A DNA stretch of 64,000 nucleotides from an uncultured delta proteobacterium (lineage in GTDB: Bacteria; Desulfobacterota; RBG-13-43-22). Shown here in pieces: positions 18,657-29,499 of the stretch. The position numbers and the translations under genes were made by a program. The stretch covers positions 384,001 to 448,000 of the forward strand of contig CAWBOS010000010.1 in assembly GCA_963790475.1 (NCBI GenBank), in the 5' to 3' direction. The notes beneath the pieces were generated by a model. It saw only the letters and a list, made by a program, of their open reading frames with translations. It did no database searches and was not told the DNA's origin. The stretch's first letter is position 1, and every line of letters starts with the position of its first letter.

Positions 18657-20342
18657 ATGGAAATTAGTAAAACTTCGGAACCATTGCATTACCAATATTG
18701 GCCCAAGGGGGTACCCCGCATGGTCGATATTCCTAAAACCCCATTGGACTATAATCTTGAGGTTTCCGCAACCCGCTACCCTGAGAAAACGGCGATTTCC
18801 TATTATGGATCCCGCCTTTCCTATGCCCGGCTTAAATCAGAGGTCGATGCCTTGGCCGGTTATCTTCAACTGCAATGCGGGGTGAAGAAGGGCGATCGGG
18901 TAATCTTGTATATGCAGAACAGCCCCCAGTTCATCATCGCCTACTATGCTATCCTCCGGGCCGACGCAGTCCTGGTCCCGGCCAATCCCATGAACCTGAC
19001 TGAGGAAATGAAACACTATATTGAAGATTCCGGCGCCTCGGTGGCGATTTGCGCTGTTGACCTTTTCTCCCGCATCGAACCCCTGATGGGTCCGGGAGGA
19101 GTCGAACAGGTCATCGTAGCCGATTATGGAGAGTATGTCACCGAGCCCACCGATATCCCAATCCCCGATTTTATTCGCTCCGCCGTACCGGAAGCGGTCG
19201 GCCATGGGGGCCGCACCTGGAAAGAAGCGCTGACCGCCGGTTGCCAACCGGGACCCCACCTGGCGGGCCCCGATGATCTGGCGGCTATCTGCTATACCTC
19301 CGGAACGACCGGAAAACCGAAAGGCTGTATGCATACCCACAGCACACTCATGGCCACCACCGTATTACCCAGTATCTGGCAATATGGCTCTTGTGAGGAG
19401 GTATTTCTTGGCGTCGTACCTTTCTTTCATGTCACCGGCATGCAGATCCTGATGAACATGCCGATTTATCTCGGAGCGGAGATTGTGGTCATGACCCGCT
19501 GGGACAGGGAATTGGCCCTGGTTTTGATTGACCGCCATCGGGTAACCAACTGGACCAACATTCCCACCATGGTCATCGACCTCTTCGCCAGCCCCAATTT
19601 TAAGAGTGACAGCCTGAAAAGTCTGCGATATATCGGAGGCGGCGGGGCGGCCATGCCCGAAGCCGTGGCCGCCAGACTCTTTGAACTTACCGGGTTGTCG
19701 TACATTGAGGGGTACGGCCTTACCGAGACCGCCGCCCCGACCCACAGCAACCATGAATCCCGTCCCAAGCGACAGTGTCTCGGCATTCCCTTTTTAAACA
19801 CGGAGTCCTTAGTGGTGAATCCCAAGACTCTGGAACCCCTCGGCCCCAACCAGACCGGAGAGATCCTCTCCCGTGGCCCCCAGGTATTTAAAGGGTACTG
19901 GAACAATTCCCAGGCGACTCGGGAATGTTTCGTCGAAATCGGTGGGAAGACCTTCTTTCTCACCGGCGACCTGGGCTATTACGACGAAGATGGGTACTTT
20001 TTCATCGTTGACCGGTTGAAGCGGATGATCAATGCCTCCGGCTTCAAGGTCTGGCCGGCGGAAGTGGAGGCCATGATGTTCGGACATCCGGACATACAGG
20101 AGGCCTGCATTATCAGCACCAGTGATGCCCATCGGGGCGAAACCGTCAAGGCGGTCGTAGTCCTCAAGGAGAAGTCCAAGGGTAAAGTCACCGCCCAGGA
20201 TATCATCGGCTGGTGTAAAGAAAGGATGGCGGCCTATAAATATCCGCGGATCGTCGAGTTTGTTGACGAACTGCCCAAGTCAGGATCCGGTAAGGTCCAG
20301 TGGCGGTTATTGCAGGAAAAGGAGAATGCCAGGGGCAAATAG
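18657..20342 (+). CDS. Long-chain-fatty-acid--CoA ligase
   Basis: YTSGTTGKPKG, EGYGLTE, TGDLG, DRLKRMINASGFKVWPAEVE, PKSGSGK. Confidence 0.92.
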   Translation: MEISKTSEPLHYQYWPKGVPRMVDIPKTPLDYNLEVSATRYPEKTAISYYGSRLSYARLKSEVDALAGYLQLQCGVKKGDRVILYMQNSPQFIIAYYAILRADAVLVPANPMNLTEEMKHYIEDSGASVAICAVDLFSRIEPLMGPGGVEQVIVADYGEYVTEPTDIPIPDFIRSAVPEAVGHGGRTWKEALTAGCQPGPHLAGPDDLAAICYTSGTTGKPKGCMHTHSTLMATTVLPSIWQYGSCEEVFLGVVPFFHVTGMQILMNMPIYLGAEIVVMTRWDRELALVLIDRHRVTNWTNIPTMVIDLFASPNFKSDSLKSLRYIGGGGAAMPEAVAARLFELTGLSYIEGYGLTETAAPTHSNHESRPKRQCLGIPFLNTESLVVNPKTLEPLGPNQTGEILSRGPQVFKGYWNNSQATRECFVEIGGKTFFLTGDLGYYDEDGYFFIVDRLKRMINASGFKVWPAEVEAMMFGHPDIQEACIISTSDAHRGETVKAVVVLKEKSKGKVTAQDIIGWCKERMAAYKYPRIVEFVDELPKSGSGKVQWRLLQEKENARGK

Positions 20343-20343
20343 T

Positions 20344-21435
20344 CTACGGTTGCCTCCGAATCCGGGTTTCTTTTTTCCCTTTAAGAATCGCCAGGCCTAA
20401 TTCAAAAGTATTTTTGAACGGTTCTTGCCGGTCTTCCCTGAGGTGCAAGGTGAGGGATTCCGTCGGGCAAACAGAGGCACATAGACCGCATCCCAGGCAT
20501 TTATCCCGGTTTACCACGGCGGTTTCATCCACCGTTATGGCTTTGACCGGACAGCGGTTGCTGCACTCTTCACAGGCTAAACAAGTCTCTGCATCAACCA
20601 CGGCCTCGTATAAGGCGTTCATATATTTTTGCCTATTATGACCCTTTTGGACCATCCCTTTCATTGAGGCGCAGCAGCAGGGGCAGCAGTTGCAGATATT
20701 AGAAAGATGGGTGGTGTTCGCCCCGGCATGAACCAATCCGGCTTTGTCCGTTTCTTCGAGAATGGTAATGGCTTCATCGGAGCTGATTTCTCTCCCCATA
20801 CCGTTTTCAATATAGTATTCGGCGGCGACCCCGAAACTTAAACAGGTCTCCCGAGGATAGTCGCAGCCGTGATCCATCAGGCGGGTCTCTTTCCGGCAGA
20901 CACACTCGGCCACGGCGATTTTTCTGGCGGCCCGAACTTCCTCTTTGAGTTTTTCAAAGGGAAAAAGTACCAGGTCCGCATCGATATTTTGGGTAATAGG
21001 GATGACCTTGAATCCGGGGACATCGCTGGCGCCCATTTCCTCCTGGTAAGCTTCATCATAATACTGCCGGCAAAGCAGCGCCAATTCTCGGTCCATTTTT
21101 TCTACTGAATATTCATACAAACCGATCATAAAGGGAGCGAGACTGTAAAGCGTTTTTCCCTGACGTCGAATCCTGAAAATGAGGCCTTTTCTTGACATGG
21201 TTGCGAATTTTTCTTCCAGACCATCAATGGGAATATGGTTCCGTTCCGCGACCTGGTGAGTCTCTTCGGGAGTTGGGGTCAAAAGCAGTGCCAGTTCGGC
21301 CTCGGATTCGGAAAACAATTTTTTAAGTATTTTTAGTTCAACACCCGACTGGGTTTCTGGGAATCCCAGAGGCAACCGGTTTAAATAGGCCCGTAATCTC
21401 TCATACGGATTCTTCAAAATCATTTTATCTTCCAT
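20344..21435 (-). CDS. Multi-Fe-S (4Fe-4S dicluster) protein with Cys-rich central domain
   Basis: CVCR...C...C, GLVH, ICNCCPCCC and two C-terminal ferredoxin motifs (CLACEECSNRCP, CLGCGLCASVCP). Confidence 0.85.
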   Translation of the reverse strand: MEDKMILKNPYERLRAYLNRLPLGFPETQSGVELKILKKLFSESEAELALLLTPTPEETHQVAERNHIPIDGLEEKFATMSRKGLIFRIRRQGKTLYSLAPFMIGLYEYSVEKMDRELALLCRQYYDEAYQEEMGASDVPGFKVIPITQNIDADLVLFPFEKLKEEVRAARKIAVAECVCRKETRLMDHGCDYPRETCLSFGVAAEYYIENGMGREISSDEAITILEETDKAGLVHAGANTTHLSNICNCCPCCCASMKGMVQKGHNRQKYMNALYEAVVDAETCLACEECSNRCPVKAITVDETAVVNRDKCLGCGLCASVCPTESLTLHLREDRQEPFKNTFELGLAILKGKKETRIRRQP

Positions 21436-21519
21436 AATCGTCTCCCCTTCCTTTTTGCAATCATACCGGCTGATTGAAAAATAATCAAATTATTCTCAAA
21501 ACCGGAAAGCCGATAAATG

Positions 21520-22044
21520 TTATTCGGGTTTTCTGCAGACCAGCTGGGCGATGGACCTCCGGGGATTTTCCTGTAACCCTTCAAAGTAATGGATCACCTC
21601 CCAGTCCTTAAACCAATTGAACAATTCCGCACGTTCCAGAAGATGATCGGGATTATGAGGGCGGCCGTAAAGGGGTTGTTGGCTGGAAAAGGTCTCATAG
21701 ATCAGGATGCCCCCCGATTTTATTCCTTTTTTAATATGCGGTATCAAAGGGCGATGGAGGTAGCGGAAAACCAAAATGGCCCGGTATTGGTGTTCTTTCA
21801 GTGGATTTTGATCGATTTCCAGATCGACCTCCCAAAAAGTAACTTGGAGCCCTTTCCCTTCCGCTGCTTTCATGGCCTTTCTCAATAACTCGGGGTTTCG
21901 ATCGGCCAGGATCACGGGAATACCAAGTCTGGCAACAAAAAGACCGTTTTGTCCTCTACCACAAGCCAAATCCAGAACCGGACCCTTTAGGTCTTTTCCC
22001 ATGAGGAGGGGGGCAAAGGATTTTAGCAGTGCATCAGGGGTCAT
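21520..22044 (-). CDS. Class I SAM-dependent methyltransferase (TehB-like)
   Basis: VLDLACGRGQN, FRYLHR, GGILIYETF, P.NP..LL...EL. Confidence 0.82.
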   Translation of the reverse strand: MTPDALLKSFAPLLMGKDLKGPVLDLACGRGQNGLFVARLGIPVILADRNPELLRKAMKAAEGKGLQVTFWEVDLEIDQNPLKEHQYRAILVFRYLHRPLIPHIKKGIKSGGILIYETFSSQQPLYGRPHNPDHLLERAELFNWFKDWEVIHYFEGLQENPRRSIAQLVCRKPE

Positions 22045-22406
22045 TTACTATCACCTGGTTCTTGAAAAAAGTTGACGTCTGTTTCCCTTGTTCCATTCTG
22101 CTTCTTAAAAACCGATCTAAGCAGAATTTAAAGGTTTCCGATTGGAATCAAAAATATCTATAAAAATCAATAAAACATATCCAATCGATCAAGTCAATCT
22201 CCCTGGAACAAAACCTATCCGAAAGTTCAAATTATATTTTGTTCTCGAACAAACCCACAGGTTGACATTTGATCAAAGAAATGTGTATATTTTTTATAAA
22301 TGTCGTAAGAGGACCTCCCCCCTATTCCTCATATCAGAAAGTCGGGAGGGTAATTAGAAAGCTTCATTGAATCCATTAACTCAGGTGAAATTATAGGAGG
22401 TACGCT

Positions 22407-23684
22407 ATGGCCAAGGTTCAAGTATTTGAAAATAAAAAACCCACCCTTGGTATTAACGGGTTGGGCAGGATTGGAAAGTTGACGCTGTGGAATCACCTGT
22501 GCCGGAAATATTTTCAGGAGGTCGTTGTCAATATCGGGCGGGAAGCGGGAACAGGGCTTGAAACCATTGCTCAGCGAATCGAAACCGACACGACGTATGG
22601 ACCCCTTCCTCGCTTTCTCTACGGGATCAACGCCCAAAGATTGATCGAAATCGTTGATGAAAAGACAGGGAAAATGGTTATTGACGGTATCCCGGTCACT
22701 ATTTTGAGGGAAGCGCGAAACCCGGCGGAGATCAAGTGGCGCGATTACGGGGTGGATATGGTGGTGGAGTGCACCAGTCAGTTCAGGGACCCCACGATCC
22801 CCCCTGATGATAAGAAGGGCTCCATCCGGGGCCATTTGGCGGCCGGGGCAAAGGTGGTTATCAATTCCTCCCCCTTTAAAATAAAGGATAAGGCCCTGCG
22901 CACGCCTGGGGATGCCATCACGATGATCTACGGTATCAACCAGGCTGCTTTTGATAAGAAAAACCATTTTGTGTTGTCGGCCGCCTCCTGTACCACTACG
23001 GGACTGGCCCATATGGTCAAGCCCCTGCTGGAAAATGAAGAGACCAACAAGATCCTTACCGCTTCCATGACAACGGTCCATGCCGTAACCAATTCCCAAG
23101 CCGTCCTCGATTCCCTGCCCAAGGCCGGGGAAAAGGACTTGAGAAAGAACCGGAGCATCCTGAATAATATCATTCTTACCTCTACCAATGCCGCAGCAGC
23201 TCTTGGTGAGGTCATCCCGGAAGTCAGGAACATCGGTTTTATGGCTGATTCCATCAGGGTACCCATCAAAACAGGATCCCTTATCGTCCTTAATGTCACC
23301 TTTCAAAGTAAGAATACTCCGACTGGGACGGCCTTTGAACTGGACACTGAAACCATCAACCGGATTTATCAGAAGGTCAGTGAGCGGGACCCGGAAAAAT
23401 TGCTCCTTTTTTCAATGCAGCAAAACGTCTCCAGTGATCTCATCGGGTTGAATGCCGCTGTGGTGATCGAAGGCCAGTTCAATCATACCCGGACTTCTTT
23501 TATCGATATCGACTGTGCCTGCATTCCCGGCCTGCCTCCTCAGACCCTTCCCTCCTTGGAGATCAATACCCTCAGGGTACCGGTGGTCCATGCCAAGATC
23601 TTCGGGTGGTATGATAATGAGTATGGGAGCTATGTGAATCGGTTGGGGGATCTAACGATTCACGTGCATAAGCAATTGACTTAA
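22407..23684 (+). CDS. Atypical (long) glyceraldehyde-3-phosphate dehydrogenase-like protein
   Basis: GINGLGRIGK, ECT, ASCTT catalytic Cys, TTVHA, RVP, GWYDNE; 425 aa with several insertions. Confidence 0.85.
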   Translation: MAKVQVFENKKPTLGINGLGRIGKLTLWNHLCRKYFQEVVVNIGREAGTGLETIAQRIETDTTYGPLPRFLYGINAQRLIEIVDEKTGKMVIDGIPVTILREARNPAEIKWRDYGVDMVVECTSQFRDPTIPPDDKKGSIRGHLAAGAKVVINSSPFKIKDKALRTPGDAITMIYGINQAAFDKKNHFVLSAASCTTTGLAHMVKPLLENEETNKILTASMTTVHAVTNSQAVLDSLPKAGEKDLRKNRSILNNIILTSTNAAAALGEVIPEVRNIGFMADSIRVPIKTGSLIVLNVTFQSKNTPTGTAFELDTETINRIYQKVSERDPEKLLLFSMQQNVSSDLIGLNAAVVIEGQFNHTRTSFIDIDCACIPGLPPQTLPSLEINTLRVPVVHAKIFGWYDNEYGSYVNRLGDLTIHVHKQLT

Positions 23685-23748
23685 CCGATACGGAAACGTA
23701 GAGGATTGAAAGAGTTCAAATTCTAAAGGAGATAATCAAAATTCTGAA

Positions 23749-23848
23749 AGTTCGGAGGCTTTAGTTCGGAGTTCGGAGTAATAAGTTCGGAGCAAAAAGC
23801 AATTTTTTATTCTGAACTCTGAACTCCGAACTAATAACTCCAAACTGT
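23749..23848. repeat. Inverted pair of heptamer tandem tracts (AGTTCGG / CCGAACT)
   Basis: AGTTCGG-type units facing CTGAACT/CCGAACT units between two convergent genes. Confidence 0.75.
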
Positions 23849-23850
23849 TT

Positions 23851-26800
23851 TTAAATCGTGATCCGGTTTGATTCCTGGGCCTCTTCTTCGTGACGGCCCT
23901 GATAAACAGCTCCGCTCCAACCATCAATGGAGATGAAGTCTCCCCCATGAATGGTCTGACCGTCAACGGTACTGTAACCCTTGGTTTCATAGACATTTAA
24001 CTTGGAAAAACCCACCACCCCGACCTTGTCGAGCTGAGGGATGGTTACCGCGGCATGAGAAGTGCTCCCCCCCTTAGCCGTTAACAGGCCTTCAACCTGG
24101 AGAAGCACGCCCACATCATCGGGAACCGAGTCGGGCCGGACCAGGATCAACGGCGTTTCCGGTTCCTTATCCCGGTAAAGGCGGATTTCCTCCTCCGAAT
24201 AGACGGCCCTTCCCGACAAGGCCCCGCCGCTAACCCCGATGCCGGTTCCAAGAAGGGCCCCTTTCAATTCTTCGGTCTCTTTGAATATCCTTAATTTATG
24301 GGTTTCCCGCTGGACCATATCTCTGGTCTGAAGGATATAGAGTCCTTCCCGGGTGGCCTTCTCAAAGGTGAACTCGATTTCCTGGTGGTTGAACCCTTTG
24401 TCATAGATCAATATTTCTGAAAGGTGGATGAGCTCCCGAAAGATTTCCGGAAAATTGGCCTCCAAAGATATCAGGGTATCCTTTCTTTCTCTCAGCCTCT
24501 GCCTTTCCGATATGGGATAGGTGGAGACAAGGCCGGAGACAATGTCATCCCCTTGTACGCCAAAAATAAAATCGCCATACAGGTTGATACCGGGAGATGA
24601 CTCCTTGGGGTCTCTGGTGAATATCACTCCGGACCCCGATTGCTCATTCAAATTTCCGAAAATCATAGCCTGGACGATCACGGCCGTCCCCCAGTCATCG
24701 GAAACATGCATCTGTCGACGGTAAATCCTGGCCTGTTCTGAATTCCAGGAGGCAATGACTTGCAGAAAAGCATCCTGAAGCTGGTCCGCTGGCCGGTGAG
24801 GGGGCTTTATTCCATTTTCCTCCAGTGCCTGCTTGTAAGCCAGGGCAACCTGCTTGATCTGGTCCGGGGCAAATTGGATCTTTCGGCTCACCCCGTACTT
24901 TTGTTTGAAGGTGTCAATAATGGAGTCAAAAAAATTCCGATCCAGTCCCCGCAACATACCATAACTCTGGAGGAACCTGCGAAAGGAATCCCAGGCCGCC
25001 CAGGCAAAGTCCGGCTTTTTGCTGAGGCCCTCGGCGATCTTTTCATTGATACCGACATTCAGAATGGATTGCATCATCCCCGGCAGGGAAAGCGTAGCCC
25101 CGCTGCGCACACTTAAAAGCAAAGGGTTTCGGGGATCTCCAAATCTTCGCCCCACCATCCTCTCCAGCCGCCGGATCTCTTTAGCGACCCTGTTGTTCAA
25201 GTCTTCCAGGATGTATTGGTAACCCAACAGGCCTTCAATCCTGCGAAAGACCTCTGTAGTCAGGATGAAGCCCGGGGGCACCGGGAAACCCAAAAAGGAC
25301 AGTTCCTTCAGAAAATAGCCCTTATTTCCAAGGAGCAATTGATTATCAAGCTTTTTATTACGCTTGTAGAGGGGAGTGATGGTCATTTCCGGGTTATAGG
25401 ACATGACCAGGGTCAGAATCTGTTTGTTCTCTTTAAACTTCTCCAGCTCGGCCTGCAGGGTTCTCAAGATGCTGTTAATAAAATTGTCAAGCACCTGGAG
25501 GCCGAAGGCCGAAGAGACGGCCGCCCGGATAAAATTTTCAGAGAGCTGGAAAAAGATTTCTTTTTCCCCGGCCGAACTGGTTCCTTTGCTTAAGGGTGCG
25601 TTGTTTTCCTTGATGATTTGACCAATGACGATAGGCAGGTTGGGACGGTGGGCATCGATGTGATAATCCCGGATAATGTCCTGAATCCCCTTGGAGATGA
25701 ATTGAAAGATATCAATGTACTGATCGATGGAAAACTGTTTGATCTCCAGGGCGTTACTGACATACTTCATCTTTGCTGTCAGACCTTCGGTGGCTACCCC
25801 TTCCAGATCAAGGGCCTTCACAAAAAGCCAGAGATACTGATGAATTCTCATCAGAGTGCTTTTGGTGATAAACTTCAGGTTGAGGGACTGGATCAATTCC
25901 TCAAACAGGACCGTGGCCAGACTCTCCAGACGCAGGGAAAGCCCCACGGCCTCAAATTTTTCTTCCCGGTAGGTCCCGTACATGGAAGGGATCCCGGCGG
26001 CAATGTGTCTCTTGTGGTAAATGTTCTCAACATACTCTGTTTTCTGGGGAGAGAGGATCTTATCCTTGAGTTGGGCCAGAAACTCGAGAATAATGGCCAG
26101 GCTCTTGGCTTGTTCTTTACCCTGGAGGTGACGTTTGAGGGCCTTCACTTTCGCCGGATCAAAGAGGAAGGAAGCCTCCAGATTTTTGATGACTTCAACG
26201 TGCTGGGGGTTGTATTTTTTGTACAGAAGTTGATAGAATTGGATCAACAGTCGGGCCCTTTTCCGGTCTTTTTCCGGCAGTCCGTTCAGGGTTTGAATCT
26301 CGCGGTCAATCTTAGGGATGTCCCAATCCAGAAAACCCGTCGGATTCCCATGGATCCGGTCAAACAGGCTCTCAAATATCATTCGGAGGCCTTTCGGCTC
26401 CTGGGGGTCGTCTGAAACCTGCTCATACACCTCCTCCGGCAGATGATTACGAAGATGGATTTTTTTCCCGGAGGCCAAATAACGGAAGGTATTTTCCAGG
26501 AAGGCGACCAGCAGGCTGTTGCTCTCCACATGGGACTGTTTTCTAAGGAAATGGATTACCAGGTCCTGACGGGAGGAGAGTTCATCCACCTCGGTCGATA
26601 TTTCCCGGAGTTCTCCCTCGGCTCCGATTTCATTGAAATAGATTGGGAAAAGCCTGAGGAGCTGCTTTATCAGATTGTAGGCCGGGGAAATGTCGGTGTT
26701 CAGAAGGACCGAGATGTTTTTCTGAAGCAGGTCCGTGTCCCGGATGAAGACACCGCCCAGTTTCAGGTTTATAATCAGGGCCGAAAGAAGTCTTTTGGTC

Positions 26801-28071
26801 CAGCGTGGTTTTAAGCCGATGATTTCCAGCCAGGCACGGATATTCTCGATGTGAGCGGGATTGACCCGAATCTGCCATTCCATAGTGGATCCGGCCAACT
26901 GGGGATGCTGAAAGCCGAATAAAATCAGCTCTTCAATAAAGGTATCCACCAGGGGATGCTGATTCAGATTGAAGACCTCCCGGGCCATGGTGATGACACA
27001 ATTCAGGATCGTGTTTCGGTATTGCGAACAGGTGGTACACTTTTTCAGGAGATCAAAGATTTTTCGAATAAAGTCGTTCAGGTTCTCCGGCATCTCTTCC
27101 CGGAAGACCATAGCCAGGCAGCGATTGATCTCGATCAGGGTGCGGCCGTGAATATCGGAGAGGGCCGGGACGTTGATGACATGAAAGAGGAAATCGAGTT
27201 TGACGAGATATTCCCGCCCGCTATATACCTCCGCCTTCTCCAGTTCGTCGGCTACGAGCAGATAACCCTCAATGATTTGCGTATAATCCGGAAGATTGAG
27301 ATAAGAAGCGGTACCGCTTTCATCCCCCTTTTCGGAGAGTTCAGGCAGGGATTCAAGTTTTTCGTTCAGGTCGGAAATCGACCGGTGGCTCAGAGGCTTT
27401 ACAAAGGAATCATATTCGAAGATCGCCGAGGCTTCCTCCCCTTCCTGGTTGAACCAATCGCGAGGGTTGGGCTGGTCCAGCCAAAAAAGATAGGTGGCCC
27501 GGAAGACATTGTGGAGAAAATGCCTTGACCGGTCCTTATCCAGAAGGGCGGAATGCTCAATGGCTGTTTGAAAGAGTTTTTTCCCATAGGTCGAACCCTT
27601 CCGGAAAAGGGTGGCCTCTTTTTGGGAAAGATCGATCAGGGAATCGATGAGATCGGGAAAGAGGGCCATGTTCCGGGAGAGCATCCCGTTGCTCTTGGAC
27701 AGGATCAAGTTCAAAAAATCAAAGAGGAAACGGATCGAGGTCTCCCTGGTCTCTTCATTGGCCGGGGAACTGATGAGGTCCAGGTAAATACCGACCAGGG
27801 TTTCGAGTGCCTTAAGTCCCTTTTCATGCCGGTTGAATTCATAGAAATCACCCATGGACAGGGTGCGGAGCTGCTTAAGCACATGCTCCCAGTTGACAAA
27901 GGGATGATTCATCTCTGTCAAGAGGTCTCGGGTTCTCTTGAACACACCATAATGCTCCTGGGCGATACTGAGCAGGATCTGATACCGGATCGGTATTTCT
28001 ACCGTGGCTGCTGTCCGTTCCAGGTTGACCTGCAGGGCCGAGGAAGTAAATTGGGGTTCCTGTGTTTTCAT
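23851..28071 (-). CDS. Large PPDK-related phosphotransferase (~910-aa N-terminal region + nucleotide-binding domain + phosphohistidine domain; no pyruvate-binding barrel)
   Basis: GNKG, PVPPGFILTT, PLLLSVRSGA, PGMM.SILNVG, VQAMIFGN, GDDIVSG, LYILQTR, GGSTSHAAV; ends ~67 aa after the His. Start taken at ATG 28071 because the longer ORF start runs into a repeat element. Confidence 0.85.
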   Translation of the reverse strand: MKTQEPQFTSSALQVNLERTAATVEIPIRYQILLSIAQEHYGVFKRTRDLLTEMNHPFVNWEHVLKQLRTLSMGDFYEFNRHEKGLKALETLVGIYLDLISSPANEETRETSIRFLFDFLNLILSKSNGMLSRNMALFPDLIDSLIDLSQKEATLFRKGSTYGKKLFQTAIEHSALLDKDRSRHFLHNVFRATYLFWLDQPNPRDWFNQEGEEASAIFEYDSFVKPLSHRSISDLNEKLESLPELSEKGDESGTASYLNLPDYTQIIEGYLLVADELEKAEVYSGREYLVKLDFLFHVINVPALSDIHGRTLIEINRCLAMVFREEMPENLNDFIRKIFDLLKKCTTCSQYRNTILNCVITMAREVFNLNQHPLVDTFIEELILFGFQHPQLAGSTMEWQIRVNPAHIENIRAWLEIIGLKPRWTKRLLSALIINLKLGGVFIRDTDLLQKNISVLLNTDISPAYNLIKQLLRLFPIYFNEIGAEGELREISTEVDELSSRQDLVIHFLRKQSHVESNSLLVAFLENTFRYLASGKKIHLRNHLPEEVYEQVSDDPQEPKGLRMIFESLFDRIHGNPTGFLDWDIPKIDREIQTLNGLPEKDRKRARLLIQFYQLLYKKYNPQHVEVIKNLEASFLFDPAKVKALKRHLQGKEQAKSLAIILEFLAQLKDKILSPQKTEYVENIYHKRHIAAGIPSMYGTYREEKFEAVGLSLRLESLATVLFEELIQSLNLKFITKSTLMRIHQYLWLFVKALDLEGVATEGLTAKMKYVSNALEIKQFSIDQYIDIFQFISKGIQDIIRDYHIDAHRPNLPIVIGQIIKENNAPLSKGTSSAGEKEIFFQLSENFIRAAVSSAFGLQVLDNFINSILRTLQAELEKFKENKQILTLVMSYNPEMTITPLYKRNKKLDNQLLLGNKGYFLKELSFLGFPVPPGFILTTEVFRRIEGLLGYQYILEDLNNRVAKEIRRLERMVGRRFGDPRNPLLLSVRSGATLSLPGMMQSILNVGINEKIAEGLSKKPDFAWAAWDSFRRFLQSYGMLRGLDRNFFDSIIDTFKQKYGVSRKIQFAPDQIKQVALAYKQALEENGIKPPHRPADQLQDAFLQVIASWNSEQARIYRRQMHVSDDWGTAVIVQAMIFGNLNEQSGSGVIFTRDPKESSPGINLYGDFIFGVQGDDIVSGLVSTYPISERQRLRERKDTLISLEANFPEIFRELIHLSEILIYDKGFNHQEIEFTFEKATREGLYILQTRDMVQRETHKLRIFKETEELKGALLGTGIGVSGGALSGRAVYSEEEIRLYRDKEPETPLILVRPDSVPDDVGVLLQVEGLLTAKGGSTSHAAVTIPQLDKVGVVGFSKLNVYETKGYSTVDGQTIHGGDFISIDGWSGAVYQGRHEEEAQESNRITI

Positions 28072-28115
28072 GGAATTTGTTATTCTAATGAATTCTATTG
28101 CCATAAGGCCAATAT

Positions 28116-28250
28116 TGACGGTTTCGTAAAAAGTCGCCAAAACCCAAATCACGTCATTCCGGCGAAAGCCGGAATCCAGTATTTTAAAACAGTTAGACTT
28201 TTCCTGGACCCCGGCTTTCGCCGGGGTGACGGATTTTTATGAATTCATCA
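28116..28250. repeat. Composite MITE/REP element
   Basis: Imperfect outer IRs TGACGGTTTCGTAAAAAGTCG / CGGATTTTTATGAATTCATCA enclose GTCATTCCGGCGAAAGCCGGAATCCAG...CTGGACCCCGGCTTTCGCCGGGGTGAC (28153-28230). Confidence 0.75.
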
Positions 28251-28285
28251 CTATTGATTTACTTGAATCCTTGAATCCTCTCTGT

Positions 28286-29296
<1,011 letters not shown>

Positions 29297-29499
29297 TTAT
29301 CCGTACAAGGATTTCAGATAAATTGTTATTTGTCATCAGGTTAAATGATTATTTAAATAGTAACCCAAAGATGAGGTCATGTCAACTTTTTGCACTAATG
29401 AAAACGATTGCAGACAGGGTATATTTTAGGTTAATATTCAGACGCTCTTTAGAGAATCGTCATTCTCTTGAAAAAGATCAGCAGAAAGGGGAATTCTGG

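Noticed and set aside
23749-23848. Repeat tracts (also 31566-31673) as a CRISPR array
   Set aside because: Units are 7 nt in tandem with no unique spacers, and there are no cas genes.
28072-28152. N-terminal extension of the 1433-aa ORF (MIWVLATFYETVNI...)
   Set aside because: The longer start falls inside the MITE/REP element; ATG 28071 is the more plausible start.
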